Of a stretch of DNA of 64,000 nt, positions 40,401 through 49,894 are shown one piece after another. The notes below the pieces were generated by a model. It was not told the origin of the DNA. It saw only the letters and a program-made list of their open reading frames with translations, and did no database searches. The DNA lies in assembly GCA_002633005.1 (NCBI GenBank), contig NMRA01000112.1, positions 688,659-752,658 of the forward strand, in the 5' to 3' direction. The position numbers and the translations under genes were made by a program. Each line of letters starts with the position of its first letter. Within the stretch, counting starts at the first letter, position 1. The DNA comes from Phoronis australis (taxonomy: Eukaryota; Animalia; Phoronida).

Positions 40401-43400
40401 CCAGGGGTGACCACAGTTCTAACAATGGCGTTTTTAAGCATTGACAACCGCACAGACCTTCCTAAAGTGTCCTACGCTACAGCACTGGACGTGTTTGTCA
40501 GCATCTGTTTTGCTTTCATTCTGGCATCTATATTGGAGTTTGCCGGCGTCCACTTCTTTACGAAGGTAAACAGCGGCGAATACGTGGACATTGACAACGA
40601 GGTTTGTAGTGATACTTTGTATTTAATTTTTGACGTCAAGTTCACATGGTCAAAATACAATCATTCGCAGTTTTCTTTACACACATAAGTATGCCATTAG
40701 TTACGATTTAGGTTTAGATCTATGTCCACTTGTCAGGATCAAGCGAACAAAAAGTGGGCTTATTCACAGATTATCCGATTGATTGCTTAAGAGAAAGCAA
40801 TCCTGTTCGTGTCATTTTTAGTAAAAATGCGGGTCTTTGATTATCCCGGACATGTTTTCAGATAATTACGGCTTCCCGTAATTTAATTATTTAGTCATGT
40901 CCTATTTCGAAAGTGACGTTTAGAAGGTTTAGTATTTCCGGCAATTTTGTTTCTGCGTTCGAGTTCACACTGTGGATCTGTTCTAATCCTGTTTTCGTGC
41001 TGGTTTCCTATAATTGTCGTCACCACTTCCCATCGACGAGTAACCTACGACAAGCTACGTTGGATTTAGGGATCGTTTAATTTGGAGTACATGTACAGCA
41101 CATGTAGCCTGAAGATGGCTGGGGTCGGCGACCCATATGACAGTGAAGTGACTGACGGTGAAATTGTTCAAAGCAGTGATGACTAGGACTTTTTTCACGA
41201 AAAGTCAGTGGATATGTTTGAGCCCGAGTAAATTGAGGCAGAATACGCACTGAATGGTTACCTGAGCACCCAAACAGCTTACATCCCGTCGTGTGACTCC
41301 CTCGCCACACACCTGGCACCAGCTTAATAGCTCCAATGCTTTAGTCAAGTCCACAAGAAATTTTATCAAAGTTTAGATCACAGGCCTGTTCACTGGACGA
41401 TGAACTGTCCTCCTCAGTGGGTGAAGAACTGGGGTTGTATTCACTCCCACTAGCCAACATCGCTGCAGGGCCTCTTACAGGCTCTGGGCTGGAGACAACA
41501 CCAGCCTCGTCTCCAAGCCTCAAGATGGCGTTGATCGGTTTAGCCATTTCAGGCTTGGTTATGGGAAATGAAATGTAATCGCCGGAATATCACGAGTAAT
41601 ATAAAGTTATATCAACTTTGAAATTTTCTGCAGTATAATATGAAAACTAACTGTATATTGCAACAATTTAGGTCTAAATAATTGCAAAAATGATGTATTT
41701 TGATTCGAAAACAGTTGCATGATAGGCTACTATCAATAAAAAGAATTGAAAATAAGTTCGCCAACAACCTTTATTTCAAACAATAACCAAAACAATGCCT
41801 TCTGCTTCATGAATGGCAGCAACGACGCCTGTGAGAATAATTAAATCTGCCTTTGTTCTAATGACGTCAAGGCAGCGCCCAATCATTACGCAAAAGGTAT
41901 TTCCCTTAATCAAGCCTCAAATGGCTAAACCGATCCGCGTCACCTAGAGGATTGGGGACGAGGCTGGAGACAACACCAGCACCGGCAAATCACTGCTAGT
42001 TTCCGGAATTGCAAGCTCTAGGGTACGTTCGAAGGCACGGATAGCTGAAGGGCCTCGAGTCACTGTAGAGGTCACTGCATGCCGGAAATCAACAGCAACG
42101 ATATGCACCCTTCTTCAGGTGTTGTTTTGCAGGAAACTTCATCACTTCTACGTGCATACCTCGTTCGTACCCTGACGGCAGAAAATGCTTGTCACACGCT
42201 CGGCAATTCTCCACTACTTGTACGTTACATGGATGGATAACTCTGCGTTCTTCACACGAACAAGCCATGTACTGCGGAGTGTGTCATCCGTAGGAAAGCG
42301 ATGTACTGACATACCCAAAGTGCGCGTGAGACGATAATGAGTACCGTACATCCCGGTACACAGCAACCGTGTAGCATGCTGACTGACTTGCAAACAAACA
42401 GAAACGACAACCCATTTAATCACAACCTGGTAAAACAATAACTGAATCGACAACTCACGAAGTCAAAGTAAAGGAAAAATGGCCTGTTGCCCTGGTTCAA
42501 GGATTTAAATGCTTAGCTGTCGTTAGTATCCGTTAATGGTCAAAATTCGGATTTAGTATGTTTTTAAATGACACATGTCCTCTTGGTTCATGTGCGGAGC
42601 TTTCTTCCACAAATAATATTGTGGAAAAATGGTTGGCTTATGATTACTTCTTATATTCTCCTATGGATATCATTTGACATCTCTTTTACAAGTTAATACA
42701 CAGAAAATTGAAAGTTGATAAAACATCACCTCACAGGCAAACCCAGTCTAGGTATATTGCGTATCTTGATGTCAGTGGAGAGATGACTAAAACTCCACAT
42801 CATCAATAACTCCGTAAAATAGTATACTTACATTCATTTATGCCCTGCCTTGAAAATTCTTACATCAAACAGCTGAGAAAGCGGTTTAAACAGAGAGTGT
42901 CGAGAAGCAATTCTTGCCCAATAATGACGCACCCTATGGTGAATAGCTATTGGATCATTTATTACTTAATAAAAACACAATGACGCACGGAAATTTCAGC
43001 TAGAACCTTAGTCACTCCAGCTCCAGGTGAATCACTATATGGTTGACTATGGTCCGATCCTGTTTCCGAATAAAGTTAGTATGCTCACAAGATGGCGGCC
43101 TCCAGGTTGTTACAAATAAATTTCTTTGATTAACATCTGTTACTCCCAAAATGATCATCAAATTGCACTTAATCAGACAAAATATGCATTCACAGATACA
43201 ATGATAATTGTTTCAATTGTTTATTAAATAATGTGCGCTGCTTTACAATTAAAGTCAGCTTATTTGATTCTTGGTTTATACAAAATTGTGGTCTGGATCG
43301 AGCCACATGCCGGCTCACTTGCTTACTTCACTGAATGCGCATGTGTGTGTCTCTTTTCCGGTTGACCAAAGGTTCTTGGCCTAAAATCGTCTGGAATACT

Positions 43401-43923
43401 ACACACCAACTCAACATTCTTGTTTCATTGAGCAATAACTTCAGTGGCCGGTTTGCAACTAGTGAAATCTCGGGCTTACTCGCGAGTCATGCTCGCTTAA
43501 CAATGAACAAACACGCTCATAAAGCGGCCGGTTTTATTTTATAACGAGTAAAATATTGTTTACACCGTTTACTTACAGGAAGATGTGTCATTTACAGTAG
43601 GAGGTGAGAAACTCAACAATTTCGCCACCATTATGGAGTCAACAGAGGCTCTAAATGGCTTCATTACCCAAGAAGCAGTCGATCAAAGCATGCACGTGAA
43701 CTTGTCCCCACGGGAACGGATTGCATACGCCTGTTCAAGAGTTTTGCTTTGCTTCAAGGAAATCGCCACAAAAGAATTCCCAACAAATAACTACAAGAGG
43801 AACCACGCTAACAGCGTGAGCAAAATTGACAAGTGCGCACGCATATTGTTTCCGCTGGCATTTGTCTTTTTCAATACTTTCTATTGGAAAAGCTATTTGG
43901 AGATGCCTGACGCTCATATCTAA
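13211..43923 (+). CDS. Grd: Cys-loop ligand-gated ion channel, GABA-A receptor alpha-like (GRD clade) subunit; multi-exon gene, 5' exon(s) not located
   Basis: Exons 13211-13437, 19331-19398, 21205-21431, 22231-22313, 26672-26815, 29295-29447, 40405-40601 and 43579-43923 join in frame (1444 nt, ~480 aa) with GT-AG sites and matching phases. Motifs: LLRGYDKSLRP, IRSMGPISEKDM, DCYFRQTW, IWRPD, Cys-loop [17 protein letters not shown], M1 FFLIQMYIPSVLLVLISWVAFW, M2 EATGDRIALGVTTVLTM, RTDLPKVSYATALD, M4 SKIDKCARILFPLAF. The GRD assignment is from recalled similarity to ATADR/RTDLPKVSY/FTKxGSGE. Confidence 0.9.
13836..13959. mobile_element. Short MITE-like inverted repeat
   Basis: ctgcgttc ... gaacgcag termini; shares internal aagactt(c)gcgagatt with the element at 53578. 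Confidence 0.4.
15478..15736. mobile_element. MITE-like element with ~34-bp imperfect inverted repeats
   Basis: ctcgaaattatttttgatattttctgctcagtat versus atacagaacaaaaattaccaaaaataatttcgag. Confidence 0.6.
19331..19398 (+). CDS. GRD-like subunit exon (GEPLTVKIDLNIRSMGPISEKDM)
   Basis: 68-bp exon, ttgcag|...|gtaagc; too short for the ORF track. Confidence 0.92.
21205..21431 (+). CDS. GRD-like subunit exon (loops D, A, E)
   Basis: tttcag|ATG TTC TCG CTG GAC TGT ... AGC AG|gtgcgt; MFSLDCYFRQTW..IWRPDVYFMNGK..PNRLLRI. Confidence 0.95.
22231..22313 (+). CDS. GRD-like subunit exon (Cys-loop)
   Basis: 83-bp exon, gacag|...|gtaagt; [27 protein letters not shown]. Confidence 0.95.
22830..24205 (-). 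mobile_element. Penelope-like retroelement relic (RT + GIY-YIG endonuclease) with inverted 5' segment
   Basis: Minus strand: LQFCLNTEYFLFRGNFYKQQHGAGMGSLISSVVAYLYKESFE, YIDDTF, HPKDK..CPAKYVGEIARSLGTRLKEH..RKIRETVEV..LNCDSG. Plus strand 24122-24202: ILPPDKGRVTIILD..KMNTLLS. Confidence 0.9.
22834..22872 (-). ncRNA. Minimal type I hammerhead ribozyme motif (Penelope-associated)
   Basis: Minus strand ACC-CUGACGA-G-GGGCUC-aggac-GGGCUC-GAAA-GCUU-GGU: core boxes, stem II with G-U pairs, palindromic AAGCUU and stem I ACC/GGU. Confidence 0.65.
24211..25635. repeat. 31-bp minisatellite (gtgaactcatttagtcagcttctatctccat), ~45 copies
   Basis: Contiguous head-to-tail degenerate units with no unique spacers. 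Confidence 0.95.
26672..26815 (+). CDS. GRD-like subunit exon (loop B end, loop F)
   Basis: tttcag|...|gtaggg; FGYPDKELILRW..LSQFELTG. Confidence 0.92.
28345..28928 (+). mobile_element. 584-bp MITE, copy 1
   Basis: Perfect 22-bp TIR tcgctggttccctgcgtgtccg / cggacacgcagggaaccagcga; internal sequence matches the reverse complement of 63328-63911. Confidence 0.85.
29295..29447 (+). CDS. GRD-like subunit exon (loop C, M1, start of M2)
   Basis: tttcag|...|gtaagc; DTHSVLVAEFRFKRRMGFFLIQMYIPSVLLVLISWVAFWINREATGDRIAL. Confidence 0.95.
29488..29590 (+). repeat. Purine-rich (GGGA)n tract, G-quadruplex-prone
   Basis: gggagggagggtaagggagggagggagggagggagg. Confidence 0.85.
30640..30860. repeat. Degenerate short-unit repeat (taccaa(a/g)tgggtaca)
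   Basis: Motif recurs about 7 times. Confidence 0.6.
31926..33497 (-). CDS. Nested GPCR exon 2 (stalk + 7TM)
   Basis: Uninterrupted 522-aa ORF plus one codon, preceded by acceptor ttcacag. Confidence 0.9.
   Translation of the reverse strand, partial: SMCRPMYCTEFFYLRNVSCEEIYISVYGMMISIDIIVPISNTSGLDTFMSNSVIKGFVSSKARTARFFRGVRNVPDILSNWLLAFERKMDLFQGYYVSSVFRLKERMHEPKKNLIVETNLTVNEMRHPLNTLKYLNSLDDLFSEIGTLPMQSSKDRWTVEKYMKRNGSRISLDRLLLNCTLTRLSNDTVNFLQRHNVTVTINQRHQVTDGLQYEVCVEDYLSMIQFYNNGSPEISSDLSELHEQGMLSFFSTIFSIIGLVLTLATYLLSERLRRSSACHFMVSICASLLIAQTTYQFGGRYNHNQIVCVVCSICTHYFYLLYFTFGTWFTVSMARRLSSTASMAVVTQPTPSTVRTRKTLTLVLAVSCFPIPVIVTATVLHFIRQTPFKIGYGDKNCWISEKKAIAYFFATPIGIAIGVNLLCILLISIRVRKVRNQMTESQKSQHTAMFGIIVRLCVLSGATWIFGFLANLINHNVLWYLFTAINAAQGVLIALSFIARKEVFGECWGYVINSRMFVFITDN
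31926..38216 (-). CDS. Secretin/adhesion-class (Methuselah-like) 7TM GPCR with signal peptide, somatomedin-B-like domain and Cys-rich repeats; 2 exons (38216-37242, 33497-31926), ~848 aa
   Basis: ATG at 38216 followed by a hydrophobic leader. SMB-like C-x-C-D-x2-C-x2-YG-x-CC and two PV..(F/Y)xNxFCAxC repeats. A phase-0 intron AAG|gtaaga..ttcacag|TCT joins YDPIK-SMCRPMYC. Seven hydrophobic segments carry family-B motifs HYFYL, GYG-x3-CWI, GATWIFGF, INAAQGVLI. Confidence 0.88.
33601..33733. repeat. Short inverted-repeat element in the GPCR intron
   Basis: aaaccccaaccccaagctacaaat versus atttgttccttggggttagggttt. Confidence 0.55.
34341..34395. repeat. 55-bp near-perfect palindrome/hairpin
   Basis: cattattccgcgtat-cgacc-ga-gacc-gaa-ggtc-ga-ggtct-atacgcggaataatg. 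Confidence 0.85.
35540..36400 (-). mobile_element. Penelope-like element 5' relic with hammerhead-like motif
   Basis: Degenerate IVKNLSSESLTGGEQMLLSGELNFTHFP (~35780-35875) resembles the PLE pre-RT motif VxNLS..L..E..LL.KGLNF; hammerhead core at 36360-36398. Confidence 0.55.
36360..36398 (-). ncRNA. Hammerhead-like motif (Penelope-type minimal)
   Basis: CUGAAGA-U-GGUUCA-agac-UGAACC-GAAA-CGUU-GG: perfect 6-bp stem II and palindromic AACGUU, but stem I is poor. Confidence 0.55.
37242..38216 (-). CDS. Nested GPCR exon 1 (ectodomain, 325 aa)
   Basis: ORF 37173-38216 cut at a consensus donor gtaaga beginning at 37241. Confidence 0.85.
40405..40601 (+). CDS. GRD-like subunit exon (M2-M3)
   Basis: ttccag|GG GTG ACC ACA; GVTTVLTMAFLSIDNRTDLPKVSYATALDVF..EFAGVHFFTKVNSGE. 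The donor is either after 40565 (gtaaac) or after 40601 (gtttgt). Confidence 0.92.
41100..42385 (-). mobile_element. THAP-domain DNA transposon relic (pseudogenised), interrupted by a TIR element
   Basis: C..C....MSVHRFPTDDTLRSTWLVRV followed, after a stop or frameshift, by CRACDKHF (THAP C2CH signature); downstream CQVCGEGVTRRDVSCLGAQVTIQC at ~41250-41320. Confidence 0.6.
41501..41967. mobile_element. Non-autonomous TIR element, ~69-bp imperfect TIRs, 8-bp duplication AGACAACA
   Basis: ccagcctcgtctccaa..gatcggtttagccatttcaggcttggttatgggaaat versus atttcccttaatcaagcctcaaatggctaaaccgatc..ttggggacgaggctgg; agacaaca flanks both ends. Confidence 0.85.
43579..43923 (+). CDS. GRD-like subunit last coding exon (intracellular loop, M4)
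   Basis: ttacag|GAA GAT GTG; ..NSVSKIDKCARILFPLAFVFFNTFYWKSYL..TAA. Confidence 0.92.
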   Translation, partial: EDVSFTVGGEKLNNFATIMESTEALNGFITQEAVDQSMHVNLSPRERIAYACSRVLLCFKEIATKEFPTNNYKRNHANSVSKIDKCARILFPLAFVFFNTFYWKSYLEMPDAHI

Positions 43924-45489
43924 AATATTCTAGTACTTTACATTGATTAAAACTGACGTAAAAGCCAGACCAGTCCACAAAATATTGTGTAGCGTAATGA
44001 GTGACTGTTGTTGAAGCTGAATAACAGCGCCAGCGCCAATTATCACAAAGAAGCAATGTTGTATGTATGGAGGGAATAGCGGAGTTGCAACGCCGCCATA
44101 TTGGAAATGGGTCAGAATGTTGCATTGTGGTTAAGCTGGTAAACAAGTACGTCGGCAAGCGTGGGGGCGAACCGGCCACAGGGAGGTTATACGTGTTGTG
44201 TGCCTGGCATGCCATAATACCAGTTAGCGAAATAAAAAAATTAGTTACTACCTGTTTCCCAAGGATCAAGAACTGCGTTAAACATGGGTCAGAGACATCG
44301 GAAGAGCTGGTAGCAAAGGCCGACTTCGTGAATTCTTTCCGACTTCGTAGCACAAAGTGTGCAGCGCTCATTTTGAGGGCGGCAAGAAAACGTATCTTAG
44401 AAACTGCCCAACAATATCTCCCTTGAAAGAAACAGTAACAAATACTCCATGGCGGTTGGTAGTGAAAAAAAAACTTGTTTTCGCTGGACCAGAACCAAGC
44501 CAACATGAGCAATTTTGAGGATAATGCCTCTGCACAATCACCTGTTCTGGGTCGACTCACTTAACGTATGCACACTATATGCATTACGCGCTAAGATAAA
44601 GCGTGCAGATTATTATTATTTACTTTCTACAAAATTGTGGTACATTGCTATCAAAATTCGTTGTTAAATTACGATCATTTTTCATAAAATTTTGTTGAAG
44701 TTCCATGGCGAAATCTTGCCGACAAATGCGTAGCTGCTGGTCTCGCAATCGTCGATAGGGCTTGAATTCTTAAATAAGAATACAGCTTTGACTCAACAAA
44801 TTACCTGAAATCCTCCTCAAGTTTTCCAAATAGCGTCTCTAAGATTTTTAAGTTCTTGTGAAGTCTGGATTAACTGCAGATTAAGTCCAAATCTGGCGCT
44901 AGATTGTAGCAGGCAACCCGAGAAAAATCTCTGTGGGAACACATGTTGTTGTCACGTGACGTTTGTTTTGAAGTTTGTATGCGTGTGTGTGAGAGTAAGC
45001 GTGCGTGTGCTTGTCATCAGAGTTCATTTGCCAGAGTAATGTAATGATCTAGGTGTGCATTGTATCCAAAAAAAAATAAAAAAGTCAAGCAGTCAAGCAG
45101 AGCGTGTTTTAATATTTACGACTTAGCACTTGCTGGCCTCATCTGCTAAAAACGTTCGAGAATTTTTTCGGTAAGACCGACATGTCACTCATTGAGTCGC
45201 CGGGTGAGTGGATGCGTGACCGTAGTGTAACAGCTATTTCCCGGAAGATTTGGGGTGTAAGGGTGCGAAGTGGGTCATTTTGACCTTAAAAACACCAATT
45301 ATGATTAGTTAAATAATTTCTCTTAAAAATAATGCAGAAGCTTTTTACGGTATTGGAAACTTTCGGAAATTAGTGCCAATATTTATTTGCCGATGCTATG
45401 TTACCCGATTAATCTTCGATGACAGTCGGTACATTATGCAGCGCGCGCTTCTTGGTCGCGTGCTAACACTGGTCGAGTTTTTTTTTTTA

Positions 45490-45890
45490 GTCTTCGATTC
45501 ACGGTTTTCACATGCACAAAGAAGTTTGAGGCCGGAGAAGATCTGTACTGGAAAGAAACAATGCAATCCCGCTCTTTGACAAGTACGCTGTGTCTGTTTT
45601 CAAAGTCCAGACCCGCGTAGTGGGGCACATCCCTCGCAAGAGCAGCAAAACTTCTGCGTTCTTTTTGAATCGCGGCGTAAGTTTGAAGTGTATACGGACA
45701 TAACGGTGAGGCTCGTGGTCCGTTACAAATTCAGGCTGTCGGATCTTTCAATTGATAAATTGGAGACGTTAGAACTGTATGTAAGGGCATTTTTCGCATG
45801 TAGTTCATGGGCTGGGCGCTTACTTTAGCAAAGTCTGAAAACGCGTTGGGGCACTTGTTGAGCCATGGGCGCTAATTAGGGCGAATAGCG
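45490..45890 (+). pseudogene. Degenerate HIRAN-like domain fragment, probably transposon-borne
   Basis: Frameshifted SIHGFHMHKEV*RP ... FDKYAVSV ... VVGHIPRKSSKTSAFFLNRG matches the recalled pattern RGYHxYK.W.P..N..D.xAV.V..VGH.P. Confidence 0.5.
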
Positions 45891-48800
45891 GCAGAATTAC
45901 ATATAACAGCGTAGTTTAATGCACACAAATTACACGTCGTGCAAACCAGTCGGCCATCCCGTTTACCATCAACAATCCCAGTAGCCTTTGCGCACCCTAA
46001 TTTCCGGACATGCGCAATCGTTAAATCGATTCGGTTGCAACTCCGCTATTGTCTCCCGTCATTAAAGGGTCCGCAATGATACGCAACATCTGCCAAGGCA
46101 ACTTTTAAAAATAAGTTGTCTAATGATTTTGCTTTGACTTTGGAAATACATCTAAATGGATCATTAATGACCGGAACAATCAACGTTTAACTTTGAATAT
46201 AAGAAAACAATTTCTTCATTAACGTTCGTTGCCTCAGCAACTGGTGTGTTCTAATTTGAGAAGGAGTTCTGCACGTAAGTAAAGTTCATGAAAATACGAC
46301 GTGATAAATTTAATAGACAAAACGAATTCAAGCATTTTGCTTTATTGCTGATGATGCCTTTTGACAATTGCAAGCTAAAAATGGCAAAATTGTACCTTTG
46401 GCCAACAGAAGGCTAGCTTTTGATTTGGACTACGTACGGCTCTAAAATTCGTCTCAAATTCTTCCCTACTGGTATGAAGAACTGACAGTTCAGTAGCGGT
46501 TGAGACAACCCTTGTCACATAAAATAACACGTCGTATCTAGCCAACCTTTCGAGCCTCATTTCAAGTTATAATCAACTGTAACTTCTTTCCAAGACCTGG
46601 AATATCCCTAATCAACGGCAGTTGTTGAAAATCAAAAGTAAATTGTTTAAAGGAAGGCGTTTGTATAGACACCTTAATGAGTACAATTTTTGTTTCTGGT
46701 TCTGACACATACTGTTCCACGATTGGAATCATTCTGAAAGATAAAATCCTTACTTAGCTTACCCGTCCAGTGTGAAGTCTTTATCTCAAAGGGCAAAAAC
46801 TTAGAAATATATACCAAATTAAGTAATATGTAATATGGCATAACATTCAACTCTTTTCTGTTATCAAAATAAAAGCCATTTTGAATAGTTTTGTACCTCG
46901 ACCGAGATCAGAAAATCATCTACTATTACCGTCTATTTCAGTGACCTGAGTTCCTGTGCATAAGTTTAGAAACGATTCCAGAATGACGGTCATGTTGTCC
47001 TTGAAAACGTATTGATATCATCGTTAGCGTAAATGCGTTGTTACTTTTTTAGTTGTTTTTGATTCTCAGTTTGGTTCTTTTCATACAAATTTGATTATTT
47101 ATTGTCCAAATAATACCTGTTATTTGCATATGACGAATTATATTTAATGCATAATCACAGGTTTGCAAAGCACGTCGCACCTCCCGCAGCCAACACTCGG
47201 CTACTGAGCTCATCCCGGGCTCATCGCGAAGGTACACCTGTACGTCAAATTTCAGCAACAGTACCCGTTTAGGTAATAAACCAGAAAATGTCTTATCTTT
47301 ATTGCCATATCGTGAAACTGATTCAAAGTACCAGCACGGATTGAGCAATTGCCGTGTGACTACCCAGACGTGTGAGCGCATTTCTGCGTACTTGGCAACA
47401 AATCAGCTCCGATTTTACTGGCGTTGAAAATTTAAAATAGAAAAAACAACCACAAACGGTGATTTTTTAACAAACAGAAACAAAATTTATCTCAAAGCAG
47501 TGAGCTCCACACCTTCATTGCAATAACGTGAACCTGTGCTTGATTTTGCTGCCCGGCACAATAACAGGCGAAGTTGTTTCCCTGCAGTTGCGCCACTCTT
47601 CGCCAGGAAAATGATCATTTATTAAGTTGGCATTCATTTTCAATTATTATTGAAAATACATTTTAAAACGAGACAAAAACTTACAATATATACCTCTGTT
47701 GCCTAAATATAAAACTTCCGCGATTGAAAACGCAAACGAGGGGGGAGGGATAGTGTAGTGAATTTTAGTCAATGAGCTGAGTTTCGGCGATGGGAAAACA
47801 CTGCAGTGTTAGGAGCATGACGCAGTATTTTTTAAGATCTTTGTCACACGAATTTCACCCGTTCAAGGCCCGGGCAGCTAATAAATGTGTTCATCTCGCG
47901 CCGCGGAGCACAGATGTCTGGGCAGGCCAAGCGATCGGGCTCCCCGGGTAGTAGCTTTTGCTGAGTGGAAATTATTCCTTTTCCTTTAGGCTCATTAATA
48001 CTTATATTATACTATTTGGCACCATTGTAAATTTCCTTTCTTTAGTTATTTTGCCACCAAATGGTATTCTGTCGTTCATTGTTGGCCACCAGCCGCCCGG
48101 CTGTAACGGAAGTTACGGGAGACGACCGGTTTCTGAGTTTCCTTGTCTAAGTTCATTTTCCATATTTTCGCAAGTTTAATCGTCAGGATAGCAATTTTAT
48201 TCAATTATTTTGCATGTTAGTTGTTATGTTTATACTGTTTGTTTACCACGATTAGCCTAGTCGCCATAGTCGGCCTTGTTATTCAATCGTTTGCACAGGA
48301 CTGTGACCAGTCCGAAATTATATGCAAGTGTCTGAAACTATGTGTATACGGCATTTATTTCATCTATTGCCATGAAACTGCCGGCGATCGTATGCCTCCG
48401 CCTTTCGCCAGTGCTGGTCTCGGTCCGCACCCGGTCATCGGTTGTAGATCCGAATCCGGCAAAACAATTTCTGTCAAAATGTATTTGCTACATTTTGTCA
48501 ACAGTTTCAATACAAATTGTCCCTATTTTGGTTTTATAAAGGTAAAGTCCGCTGTCGGTTATTTTATACCGCTTTGCAGGCTGGTAACAGACACTGCTCC
48601 AGTCGCACAACCGGCGTTCTTAAAAGCCTGGGTTCCTGAATAAATTATACTTCCGGTTTTGCGGTTAGTTCAAAGTGGTGGTGTGTTCTTCGGGATGGAA
48701 TCACGAGTGGCACGTTTATTTAAACTTTCTTCGACTGCGAATTATGTATTGGTTATGGGATAGGTACAGTTTGGTTCCTTATAACATTTTCTAACTATTT

Positions 48801-49894
48801 AATAAGGGTTAAAAACGTGTGCTACTGGGACTTTAAGTGACTTTGTGTGGATATACGAAAGTTATCAATAAAAAAATTTCGAGAAACCCATTGTAACATT
48901 TTTCAACGCTGTCTCATACTGGAGATCGATGACTGACTGATTCCTGCGAAAATTGTGTTGTCAGTGTGGAATGAGTGCTCGGCCTACATGTATTTGAATG
49001 GAGCATAAGGGAATTCACTGAATAACCGGGGACTTATGCCTGGACCATGAGTCAACTAGAATCTGACACCACAGATTCTATTTCTGGACAGAATCTTGGC
49101 TTTCACAAACACAGCCCATCTGGCACTCAGTTCAAACCCACAAGTCTCTGTTTAGTAACCTCACATCAGCTTCTAGTTTCGTTCCGGCCACACACGTGAA
49201 AACGGCGGCAAGTTTATGGTTCTGGCAAGGTCTGTAACTGACTTCATTAATTAGTAACATTTCACCTTGTTTGATTACTAAAACTTATAATGCATGTGGC
49301 TTTGTCTGTTATTGCGAAGAAAAAATTAGAGAAAAACTTTAGGTTTTGCATAATTTTCATGGTTCCATGACTGTTAAAAAACTTGCTCAATACCTAGTTT
49401 CATTTTTTTCACAAAACTCTGTTCCCACTTTTTGCGATAAGCCTTTGTTGATATTACACGTGACAAGTTAGAAAATCAATCTGTTGAATCATTAAAACTA
49501 TTCCCTGTTGGCCTAGTTAGTCACTTATATGTTTACCTGTTTAGTTAATTTCCTTTTTATGTAACTATTATATCCTAAATTAATTGAAAGTACAAGTTGA
49601 CTATTGATCAGACCGTGAGTAAATGACGTTTTCTTATTTTTCGCGTTTTGGTAACACTTTTGTTGTTTAGAATTTAAATATTTTTGTAACTGTCACATGT
49701 GCAAAATATTAATCATTTATGAATTAAATAAAAGTAATTACTGTTTTCTTCTGGTGTAATCACTCACCTGTAAGAGTTCGTCAAGGGATTTCTGATGACG
49801 TGAAATTTGTTCGGAATATGCTTTCGATGACAACACTTCTGAGCAAAATATCCACTGTATGCCCAGTTCCATAGCAAGAAACGATGATTGTTTA

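Noticed and set aside
43871-44560. 229-aa minus-strand ORF and overlapping 119-aa plus-strand ORF
   Set aside because: No recognisable motifs; they overlap the channel's last exon and presumed 3' UTR, so they are likely chance ORFs.
48221-48643. 140-aa ORF with hydrophobic N-terminus
   Set aside because: Non-ATG start, no domain signature and no clear splice context.
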